In this document: piece after piece, positions 50,250-60,780 of the stretch
How positions within the stretch are numbered: the stretch's first letter is position 1
Layout of the letters: each line of letters starts with the position of its first letter
Assembly: GCF_009834535.1 (NCBI RefSeq)
Contig: NC_045697.1
Coordinates: 113,524,001-113,588,000, forward strand
Length of the DNA stretch: 64,000 bases
Reading direction: 5' to 3'
DNA from: Camelus ferus
Taxonomy: Eukaryota
The notes under the pieces: model-generated
Seen by the model: the letters and a program-made list of their open reading frames with translations, nothing else
Database searches by the model: none
What the model was told of the DNA's origin: nothing
Position numbers and translations under genes: made by a program

Positions 50250-52489
50250 GCACCATCCTATTAGAAGAGTATAAAATAGATCTGGTTGTGGGCAGAAGTG
50301 GTATCTACTTTGGCAGTGTTGACACATTTTACAGAGAAATGCTTAACATTTAAAAGTGGATCGTCAGAGCTTGACTATTCCAGTTCAAACATATTCATGG
50401 TAACTGCGGTTGCCTCCATCCTCAGGTAGGTATATTTGCTTTTTAAAAACCACTTTTGCCTTTTGACAGTATTCTCTGAGATTTTTCCCTCTCTAGAATG
50501 TCAAAACTTCTTCCACAAAATACTTTGAAACAAAATGATGAAACAGAGAACCCCTCAGAATTTGGGAAACTATTTAGGGTAGAATTTTCACACTGCATTT
50601 AGAAACCCAGTAGGAAGTGAACTCATAACAAATGAGCCGGCCAAGGTAAGCACTTAGGGTACTAATTCCATGAAGGAATAAGCAGGTGCTTCTTTTTGTC
50701 AGAATGGTATTTCTGCCATATACTAACAATTAGATGACATTTCTTTTGTGTTAAGTTCCAGAAAGGATCCCACATGTCACACATTCTTTAAGATATTAGC
50801 ATTTTCTGCTGTTATTATTATTACATTGTCTTTTGTACAGATGACTAAGTTCCCATCATGAGCTCTCTTTGTCTAGACTAGAATCTCAAACATTCATTAA
50901 ACATCAAGGTATTATTGTAACTGAATAAAATGAGCCCAAATATTTAAAAATTCTTGATGCTAAGAATAAATAAAAATTATCACCAAAGCTTGAAACACTG
51001 CATCAATTAATGAATAATTCAACTGAGCTTATTAAAGAAGTCACGTAATAGCATGTTAGACTTAATACAATCTGGTTTTAAATAAGTTTAAGAATTGCAT
51101 ATTAAAGAGTTATTAAGGTTATTGACCTTCTAATCTGCATCTTTAGATACAATTAAATGTAAATTTTAATTCTTAGTTGGAAACCTTTAGGCAGTTATAA
51201 TTTTTAAAATAAAGCTTGAATATGTTATTTTTCAATTTAGAATTAATTAACAGCATTAGTTATTCATCACTATTTATATATAATTTATAATTTCAATGCA
51301 ATTAAAATTTCTTCCAACCCTGACATATTTCCTTATTCCTTATAATAGCAATTTAATTATTTTGTGATTATAGCATCAATTAAAAAAAGAAAGCTCCAAA
51401 GGGGAATATTAGCACCATAATCTGTTTAAGAGATTCCCACTATGCTTTTTACCCTATTTATCTAGGTCACCACAGCAAGCCAAGTCTCCCAGGCCCTCTT
51501 TTCATCAGGATGCTAATCCTAGTGCATTCTAAGCCAACCCTGTTTTTCACCTCTCACTAACGCTTTCACTAAGTACCTGGACCTAAAGCCCTTCATTGAC
51601 ACAGTTGCTCTGTCACTCTGTCACATCTCCCCTCAAAGCTTCCCTCAAAGACAGTGAGCACGCTATCTTGTTAGAACTGTTCTACTCTGGAGGACACTGC
51701 TCTGAGGCTCACTCACGTGGTGGCTAAAGCTCATTCATGTGACTCTGCCTCCCTACACCACTGGATCTGGAGGTGTGGTACGTAGATCTCTGTTGGCTTC
51801 ACTTTGGTAATTCCAAGCTTTTTCCAGTTCTTCTCTTGAAATATCCAAGGCTTTGCAGCTTTGACCTCAGATCTTTGCTGTCATAATTCTTGAGGCTTTC
51901 AATATTCACATGGTATTCTAATTTATTGGTTGTTCATTTCCTTTCCATCAATGCCATCCTCCCACCACCTCTGCCACCTATACCTATGGTCATACCCAAA
52001 TATCATCAGTACTAATAATGGCACTTCCTCCATAATGCAGTCTCCAAGTTAGTTACTATCCATCTACCAGTCTCCTCTTATTTCTCCAACTTGTACCTCC
52101 TATTAACCACTCCAACAAGCATTGATCCACCTAGAAACTCCAGTTCATCGATCTTACCACATTCTACTGCATCTCCACTTCCTCATGTCCTCAAGTTCCC
52201 TCATTATTGAGATTATATACCATTGACCAGACATATTATCACTCCATTTTGTGAACCTTTCCATGAGCCCGTAGCACTGTGGACTTTTCCTCTCTTTGTC
52301 ATATTAACCTGGCAGAATCCCAGCCATGTCTTCATCCAGATCTACCCAGGGGATGTCTGCCAAACAATCTTAGCACATTTTGTAACCATCGTATTTGACA
52401 TCACTATTATATTCCTTCTCTTTCTTCAAGCATCCATTATTTGATCCTGACTCAGCTGTTGTTCTTGCTGCCTATTTCATTTACAAAAA

Positions 52490-52888
52490 TAAAATAAACC
52501 AAACCAAATCAGAAAACCCAACTCATAGAAACAGAGAATGGATTGGTGGTTGTCAGAGGTGGGGATTGAGGAGTGGGGAAATTGGATAAAGAGGTCAAAA
52601 GCTACAGACTTCTAGTTGTAAGATAAATAAAATCTGGGGAACTACTGTGCAACATAATAAGTATAGTTAACAATACTGTCCTATACAAGTTGGAAGTTGT
52701 TAAGAGAGTAAATCTTAAAAGTTCTTATCACCAGGGAAAAAACTGGAACAAATTGAGGTGATGAATGTTAACTAATTGTGCTAATTGTTTTGCAGTATGT
52801 GCGTATATCAAATCATTATGTGGTATACCTTACACTAATACAATTGTATGTCAATTATAGCTCAATAAAACTGGGGAAAAATAAAATA
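52490..52888 (+). mobile_element. L1MA9/10-like 3' end inserted in L2
   Basis: ctcatagaaacagagaat...tcaattatagctcaataaaactgggg; aaaaataaaata on both flanks. Confidence 0.88.
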
Positions 52889-54019
52889 TATCAGTAGACA
52901 ACTTCCACAGACTTTTAGCACCAAATCTGAGCACATGTGTCTTTCCCTCCTCCTATATAAGCTAGACTTCTCCACATGTGATGAAGTCCTATTCCTTTTT
53001 CTATCCAAGTTCACCTTTCCAACAATTTTTGACTAACTCATTCTTTTTAGCATGAAGTTATTATATAATAGATCTCAACTTAGAGTGAAAACAAAAACCT
53101 TCCTTTCTGTTCAGCCACCCTATTTCTTTCAGAAAACTTCATGAAAAAGTTTCCTACTCTTGCTATCAATTTGTATTATCCAGTTTTCTCTTACTTCAGT
53201 CTATTTAGGTTTTTAATCTCATAACTCAACTTGAACAGCTCTTGTTTAAGTTGCCATTACCTTTTTTTGTTCTTTTACCTTTTCTGACTTATCAGCACTA
53301 TGGGATACAGTTGATCACTCCTTTCATTTTTTTTCCCCTTGAATTTCAGGATCCAGAAATGATTTTCTCCGGCTTAAAGGGATTATTTTTTTCTACTTCA
53401 GTGATTCCTTTTTATATTCCTGATCTTTAAACTCTCTCCAGTCCATGGTCCATTCTATGTTTATCCACCCAGTGAGTGATCTAATTCATCCTTAGAGGAT
53501 TTAGACATGGGACTCTCCAAATATGTATCTTCATTCTAGCCCTCTTCCCTGAATCTACCTGCCAATTCTACCTTTCCATTTGGATGCCTAGCAGGCACTT
53601 CAACTTTAACGTGATTTAAACTCATTTCTTTATCTCTGTATCTCATTCCAGATCAATTATGTATCAAAAAAATAATAGTCTTAATTTTCTGGTTGCTCAA
53701 GCTCTACATCTTACAGTTTTCTATGACTCTCATAATTTACAGAATCACTGAAACAATTCATAGTTGAGTCTTATTTCAAGCTCTATGATGAATTCACCCA
53801 GTTCTCACCATTTGCACTGCTGACTTACTAATCCAAGTTGCCATTCATTTTGAATTAGTTTTCTGTTGCTGCTGTAATAAACAGCATACATCTACCAGCT
53901 TTATTGAAGTTTACTCTGATGGTTCTGCAGTCAAAAGTCCTAAAATCCAAGTGCTAGAAGGGCTGCATTTCTTCTAGAGACTCTGAGGGAAAATCCTTTT
54001 CCTTATCCTTTCCAGCTAT

Positions 54020-54557
54020 TCAGGTGGGAAGCATCATGAAAAAGACGGCAGTACCCCCAGGGCAGGGCCTCTACCCTCCTGCTAGCACCATTCAGTTCCC
54101 TGGCCCAGCGGCATTATCTTGCTTTTTAAACTCTGAAACAGCTTACTTCAGGAAAGTGGAACTTACCCCTAAGATTCTATTGGTTCCCTGAGCTAAGTCC
54201 TGATTGGTCCATTTCTCTCACTCCTGATTGGTCCATTTCTCTCACTCCTGATTGATCCGTTTCCCTCACTCCTGATTGGTCCATTTCTACAAAGCTTGTT
54301 CCTAATTAGTCACCTTTATTATGCTTCACTTGCATATGATGTTGCAAAATGTTGCAAAGTCTAGACTGGTAGCCTATAAAAGCCTGTGTAAACATACAGA
54401 TGGGGTCTAGAGCTTGGAGCGTTAACTCCTCTGGGCCCACTGGCATAATAAACCTGAGTTCTCCAACACTCTGAGTGCTGCTTGGTCTCTTGCCTGGATC
54501 CATGTTGCTGTCACAACTGAGCTGTAGCACTGAGCTGCTACAAACTTTGCTGCAACA
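54020..54557 (+). mobile_element. ERV1-type solo LTR with CCAAT tandem array
   Basis: Perfect CTAT/CTAT TSD; TATAAAA at 54375; AATAAA at 54447; ends tgcaaca. Confidence 0.92.
54198..54288 (+). repeat. 24-bp tandem repeat, ~3.8 copies, in LTR U3
   Basis: Unit tcctgattggtccatttctctcac at 54198, 54222, 54246 and 54270. Confidence 0.95.
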
Positions 54558-54989
54558 CTATCTATTTTCTTTGGATTAGGGGCCCACCCTTCTTCCATCT
54601 TCAAAGTCAGCATCATAGCATCTTCAAGTATCATTCTCTCTGACCTCTGCTATTATTGTTACATTTCCTTCTCTCATTCTGACACCTCTGCCTCTTTCTT
54701 AAAAGGACACTTGCAATTACCTTGAGCACACTTGGATAACCCAGTATATTTTACCCATGTCAAGATCCTTGACCTCTTTTGCAAAGTCCCTTTGCCTTGT
54801 AGGGTAACATATACACCGCTCTCAGGGATTAGGACACTGACATCTTGAGGGAGATGCCCTATTCTATCCCCACACACTTCGAGCTATAATACTGCAGGAG
54901 TTCCAGGCTGGTCCCCCTGACTCCACTCTTGTCTCTTTCCTACACCAGACACCCAACTGATTCCTTTAAAACATGTCAAAATTTCATTT

Positions 54990-56800
54990 TTTTTATGGAT
55001 GGATGGAAATACAATATTAGAAGATATGAACTATATTTAAGCTAGTTCATAGACTGAGTGCAATTCCTCTTGAACCCCACAGTTGTATTATTTTTCATAA
55101 AATTTGAAGAGATGATTATACAGTTATCTAGAAGTGTAAGGATTAAAGAATAGATGATATAATTTTCAAGAAATAGAACAAGAATGAATAATTATACCTT
55201 AGTGGACTTCAAAGTGTATTATAAAAGAGTAGTAATTAAAATATTGGAGTCCAGTCTGTGAAGTAGATAAACAGACTAATCAAGCACAATAGAAAGTTTA
55301 TAAAAAGACCCACAAGTCTATAGAATTTTGATATGGTATTGTAGCTTAAAGGAAAAGTGGTGAATTTATTAGGCATTCCTTGGATATTGATTAAGCACAA
55401 TGCATAATTAAACTTCTTTAAGCCATACACAAAAATGTCCATCAATTTAGAAGAAAATATAAAAGATATATATAATTAACTTGAATAGAGAAATTCTCTT
55501 AAACATGGTACACACAAACTCACAAACCATCCAGGGAAGACTGATAAATTTACCCATATTAGAATGAAATAAATGCATTTCTTAGGAGAATCCATAAAGA
55601 ATGAAAACACAAGGTACAAACATGAAAAAGAAATTTGTAACAGATTTAATCACTAAAAAGTAGTACCTTTAATATGTAATCCTGTGCCTGGTTAAGAAAA
55701 AAGCACTCCTGCATAAAAGTAGTCAGATGACAGAAATGGACTTTCTGTGGGAGAGGGATTATAATGGCAAATCAACATATGGAAATATGACTGGCCTGAT
55801 TAATAGTCATAAATATGCAAATAAAACCACAATATAACCGTTTCAAATCCACTTGAGGGAAAATATTTTAATTGAATGAATTTCAATTAATAAAATTAAA
55901 TACATTTTTATTTAATAAAAAGTAAAAGGACTGGTGACAATGTGAAACAACGAGGTCTCTCTCATGCTGTTGGTGTGGTTGTAAATTGGTAGAATACTTT
56001 GGAAAAGTTGTCCTTAAGCAATAAAGTGGAGATACACGTGCACTCTAAATCAACAATTCCAATCCACCTCTCACGCACTAGAGCAGGACTCCTTCCAGGC
56101 AAATCCATCTGCTTCTTTGAATAAATAAAATTTTAATAAGACACAGCCACGCCCATTCATTTACATGTTATTTAGGGTTCCCTTTGTCTTACCATGGCTG
56201 AATTGAGTAGTTGCAGCAGAGACCACATGGCTCACAAAGCCTAAACTGGTAATTATCTGGCCCTTTAAAGAAAATTTGCCAGCCCTGCCTTTTAAGAACT
56301 AGTGCATGTATGCACCAAGAGATGTGAACTGAAAAATTCATAGCAGAATGGTTAGAAATAACACAAAACTGGAGCCAACTCTAGTATCAACCAAAATAGA
56401 GTGGATACGTAGTTTTATCATCTTATCATGACAGAACACAAAGCACAGACAATAAATATCCTTATATATGCCTCCAAGGGTGGCATAAACTACCTTGACT
56501 GATAAAATCAGGTCACGAAGAATAGGTGATAGTATGTATGACTCCCTTTATGTCAAGGTTAACAAATATGTCAAACCAAGTGATACATTCTTTCAGGACG
56601 TCTAACTGTGGAGAATCTTTAAAGAAACATAAAAAAGTAGTTAAGACAAAATTTAGGACACTGGTTACTGAAGGAGAAAGATGAGGACTGTAGCAACTGG
56701 AATGGACACATTGGTGACTTTAAAAAGTTTTTGTAATGTTCTGTTTCATAAATTTTCATGACTATTCATTTTTTAACATCCTCATAGTATATGTGATATA
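54990..56800 (+). mobile_element. Old L1 (L1ME-like) ORF2 3' region and 3' UTR
   Basis: gacttcaaagtgtattataaa; atgcaaataaaaccacaat; gtaaattggtagaatactttggaaaa. Confidence 0.8.
56084..56287. mobile_element. MER58A hAT-Charlie DNA transposon
   Basis: cacagccacgcccattcatttac...gagtagttgcagcagagacc...atctggccctttaaagaaaatttgcc. Confidence 0.88.
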
Positions 56801-57173
56801 TAAATCACATGAAATGTGGTTCATCACGTGAGATCAGATTTATGACATGAAACCAATTTATGATTTCATGAAATTTATCACGAGTCAGTTTCATGAAATA
56901 AACCTTTTATTGTGTAGTTATACACCGCCAGCACTATTCTGAGTGACTTACATTAGCCCTTTGTGGTAAGTGTAATTAAATCCCTGTTTTGTAGTTGAAG
57001 AAAACCCTCATGCTTTTATTGAAGATGTATACACATATAAGCAGTAAAGCCTTAATACTGAGAGAGGTGATTAATGGCTATTATACATCCAATCCATGCC
57101 AAGTCCTCTGCGTGTGCTCTCTTGTTTATCCCGGTGACAACAGTAGTTGCTTTTGCTAATTTACAGTTGGAGA

Positions 57174-57316
57174 GGGGTGGAGGGTATATCTCAGTGGTAG
57201 AGTGTGTGCTTAGCACGCACAAGGTTCTGAGTTCAATCCCTAGTACCTCCTTCAAAATAAATAAATACATAAATAAACCTAATTCCCTGCCCTCTCCAAA
57301 AACAAACAAACAAACA
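57174..57316 (+). mobile_element. tRNA-Ala-derived camelid SINE (vic-1-like), full length, inserted in a MIR
   Basis: A-box tatctcagtgg; B-box gagttcaatcc; (taaa)n/(caaa)n tail; TSD tacagttgg at 57162 and 57317. Confidence 0.92.
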
Positions 57317-57539
57317 TACAGTTGGGGAAACTGGATCAGAAACTTAAGTAAAGTGTTCAAGGTAAGTTACTTGTCTGATTATTTCTTTCATTCCCTAGTA
57401 GGTGCTCTGTGTTTTCAGGATGCCCTGGTTACAGCCTATTAATTGGGAAAACAGTCAGAAAATAGCTATATCAGGAACACTGTGGCAGTGTTCTCTAACG
57501 TACAATCCTGCTGCATATAAATTAACATTTAGTTATTAA

Positions 57540-58330
57540 ATATTTTAAGCGTACCAAAAAGCATCTGACGTATAAAAAGCACCAATACGATTTTCATCCA
57601 TAGTACTTACCATATTTTTAAGAATATAAAGGGTATAAAATGCAGCATAGAGCTTTAACTCATTACCTCTTCCATTTTTTATTGTGTCATTCCTCACCTG
57701 ACAATGCAAATTTCTCTGTTTCATCCCATGCATGTGAAGATATATTTATAGCAATATATTATATTGTCTTGGACGTTATTATGGTTCATGAGCCATTTGC
57801 AAGTTTTTCATTCATTCTTCTATCACCAATGAAGTAGTTTTTACATTTTCTCACATCCTCACCAATATATGGTATTGCCAAATTTTAAATTTATTTTTGC
57901 AAATGCAATCAGACTGTAGTATTTTAACTTTAAGTAAGGTCTTTTATTGTATAGAGGTCTTTCCTTTTTAATTTAAAGTAATCAATAGAGATTTAGAGAT
58001 AGAATCAGTAGAGATTTCCATTTTATTTGTGTTTCTATGTCCTATTCTACTATGATAATAATATTTTACTTTTCTTCTAAAAGTTAAAAATTTTGTTTGT
58101 CATACTTGGGAGTACAATTTATGTGAAATTTGTATATCTTTGAAGTCTGAACCTAACATTTCCCCAGTTATCTTTCTTGTATTTAGTGAATGATCCATTA
58201 TTTTCCACAAATTGGAAGAATCTTATACCAATTATCCAAAGTATATGCTTCCCTTAAAAAATTATGAATTCTGTTTAATTGGTCTATATGCCAATCTCTA
58301 TGTGAATATCATACTGGTACAATTGTTATG
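57540..58330 (-). mobile_element. Old antisense L1 fragments
   Basis: cacatcctcaccaata...ttcttctaaaagtt. Confidence 0.55.
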
Positions 58331-58374
58331 ACTTCATTAAAAGCTTAAATGATGGTCTGCCAGGTATTCACTAT

Positions 58375-58790
58375 TGCACACAGGAATAGCAGGTATCTTA
58401 GATGCCTTAGAAAGATGTGTCAGAGGATGGAAAATAAACTCACAAAATTTGGGAGCTTGCAACAATGGAGAACTTTGTAGGATTCAGAGTTACATCCCTT
58501 CCGGGCAGATGTGTTAATATACAGTGAACACTTTGTCTTTAAGAATGAAGCACAATGCTTGCTTAGCTTCTTTGGATTCTAGAACCATCACTGAAGTGTG
58601 TTGCTCTGACCTATTTATCAAATAACCCAGAAGACTATACGTTTTGAATGTGATGCAGAGTAAGCGAAGGCTGTTCAGCATATTCAAGGTGCAGTGCAAG
58701 CTTCTCTGAACTTGAGGGAAAGATCTAGCTGATAGAGGGTCTTTGCAAATGGGCATGTTCCACAGAGTCTCTGGAAAGTTTCCATGGAAT
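58375..58790 (+). mobile_element. ERVL pol (reverse transcriptase/connection) relic
   Basis: Translates ILDALER.VRGWKIN; KNEAQCLLSFFGF*; VLL*PIYQITQK..FE.DAE*AKAVQHIQGAVQASL, collinear with HERV-L/MERVL pol. Confidence 0.85.
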
Positions 58791-58829
58791 TAAGAGCAAA
58801 GCCATGCCCCTTTCATATGAATATGACTC

Positions 58830-60710
58830 ATTTGACTTATCTTCAAGCTCACTGATTCTTTCCTCTGTCATGTCCAGTCTACTTGAGACGGGAAGGAAGG
58901 GGGCAGGGCACAGCCATTAAAGGAATGACCCAGCTATTATCATCAAGATGGCAGAGAAGTCAATTTCTAGGAGATCTTGAGAACCAAGATGGCAGGAGAT
59001 TCAACCTCCAGTAGACCTTGAGCTTCATTATACACATTGTAATGTATTAGCATGATGAATGACACACCTGCAGGTGTGCAGGTGCCATGACAGTTCTGAG
59101 GCTGACCAGGAAAGGTCAAAAAGAGGGCAGTGGCCCAATTCCAGGGGATACGCACCCGTCCCCCAAAGTAGTTGGAATAATCCTCTCACTTGTAAGCATA
59201 TAAAAACTAGCAACGCCATGCCTCGTGGCCTCTGTTGCTCCCTCTCCTTCTGAGAAGGCCCACACTCTGTCTCTGGAGTGTATATCTATTTTCACCTTAA
59301 ACTAAACATCCAATAACACACTTCTTGGCCTTTCTCTTACCTTCTGAGGTGGCCTGTACTCTGTTTATGGAGTGCACTCCTCTCTAAATAAATATACCTT
59401 TACCCAACTATGACTCACACTTGAATTCTTTTCTGCATGAAGCCAAGGACCCTCACTCAACAGGGCATGTTCCAGGGACTCAACTGAGACCTGGGACATG
59501 GCCATTCTCTCATGCTCCCCCCATGTTTTCCTGTAACATACTGATGATCCCATAAAAGGCATTCTTAACTTCTGCTATGGTGTTTCTAATTCATAACATT
59601 TTAAAAATTCTTTCTTAGAGTTTCCATTTCTCTGCTTGCACTACCCATTACTATACTAAATCATAGTTATTTAAAATTTCTGGTCTGATAATTCCAAAAT
59701 CTCTGCTATATCAGAGTCTGTTTCTGATGCTTGCTTTGTCTCTTCAGACCACGTTTTTTGCCTTTTAGAATACCTTGAAGCTTTTGTCAATAGTCAGACA
59801 TAATGTACAGGATTAAAGTGTCTGAGATCGCTAGGTCTTTAGTATGAGGTTTTATATTTACCTAGCTCAGGGTTCATCTTTGTGGTAGCTGTAGCTGTCA
59901 GCGACTGCAATTTCTTCTAATGCCTTTGTTTTGTTTTCTCTATTTTCTTTGGGTCTCTAGACACTCTTTCTTTAAATAGAATCTGAGGGTTGCAGTGCTC
60001 TCAGCTTTAATCCCTTGATCATACAGCAGCATTATTGATGTGCTGATCAAGTGTTGGGGGAGGAATCATTCTATATTCCTGTGGTTAGGTCTCAGTCTTT
60101 CATTAAGCTCCCCCCACCCCATGCTGTCAAAGGCTAAAGGTGACTGAAGTTGGGAATTTTCCTTCCCTTGGGTTGGTTATGCCTTGGAAAAAAACCCTAG
60201 TGATTAGACTCTGGTAAAATAGTTGCCTTAATAAAGCCTTGAAAGCAGTCATTACTAAGGAGGATGGAAAGCTATGGACATACTTCTAAATGGTTACTTT
60301 TCCTTACTGCTGCCTGAAGCATGAGATTTTTCTCCAATATTTATGGTAAAAACCTGGTAGAGCTCCCAGAGATAAAACTCACAAGAGTGTGCCCTTTCCC
60401 ACTGACTGAGCATGCTCAGGGTATTTATCTCAAGTTCATGCACACCGAGCCTCCAGTAATTTGTCAATTACTGTTTAAAGTGTTCCTACCAATACTGGTT
60501 CCAGCAGCAGACTTCTGCTCCTTGGTTTCTGTTCCTAGTGAGTTTTGCTGCTCTGTATCTCCCTGTATGTCTTTTTGGTTTCAGGGGCAGCAGATTGCCC
60601 TGTGACTTGACATCTTTCATGAATCTAAGAAAGGTTGTTGATTTTCAATTTGTTCAGCTTCTCAAAAATTTTTTTCTGAGCATAGGAATGACAATTTCCA
60701 AGGTCTTTAG
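58830..60710 (-). mobile_element. Old L1 ORF1/5' region
   Basis: gacttatcttcaagctcactgattctttcctctg...gaatctaagaaaggttgttgattttca. Confidence 0.8.
58884..59538 (+). mobile_element. ERV1-type solo LTR (family D-related)
   Basis: TG...CA termini; perfect TACT/TACT TSD; TATAAAA at ~59199; AATAAA at ~59387. Confidence 0.93.
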
Positions 60711-60780
60711 ATGTAGAACCATAAACCAAAAGCCCTATGTAGAACCATAAACCAAAAGATGTAGAACCATAGACCAAAAA
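60711..60780 (+). repeat. 22-bp tandem triplication
   Basis: atgtagaaccataaaccaaaag at 60711, 60737 and 60759 (third copy has 2 changes). Confidence 0.92.

Larger units (their letters stand above)
53851..54874 (-). mobile_element. MLT1D-like MaLR solo LTR split by an ERV1 LTR
   Basis: ttagttttctgttgctgctgtaa...gcaaagtccctttgcc...ccccaca; 5-bp TSD cattt/cactt. Confidence 0.88.
51560..54985 (+). mobile_element. Long LINE-2 relic, interrupted by L1, MLT1 and an ERV1 LTR
   Basis: gccacctatacctatggtcataccc (endonuclease TH..GHTLD-like); ccatttggatgcctagcaggcacttcaactt. Confidence 0.75.

Noticed and set aside
50379..50431. Possible micro-exon ending CAG|GTAGGT
   Set aside because: The donor is plausible but the upstream acceptor is weak and no partner exons are evident; such motifs are common by chance.
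54198..54288. CRISPR-like array
   Set aside because: Head-to-tail units with no unique spacers, inside a mammalian LTR; the same applies to 60711-60780.
57174..57250. tRNA-Ala gene
   Set aside because: It has a SINE tail, a TSD and further copies at 63.2-63.7 kb; it is a tRNA-derived SINE with a degenerate cloverleaf.
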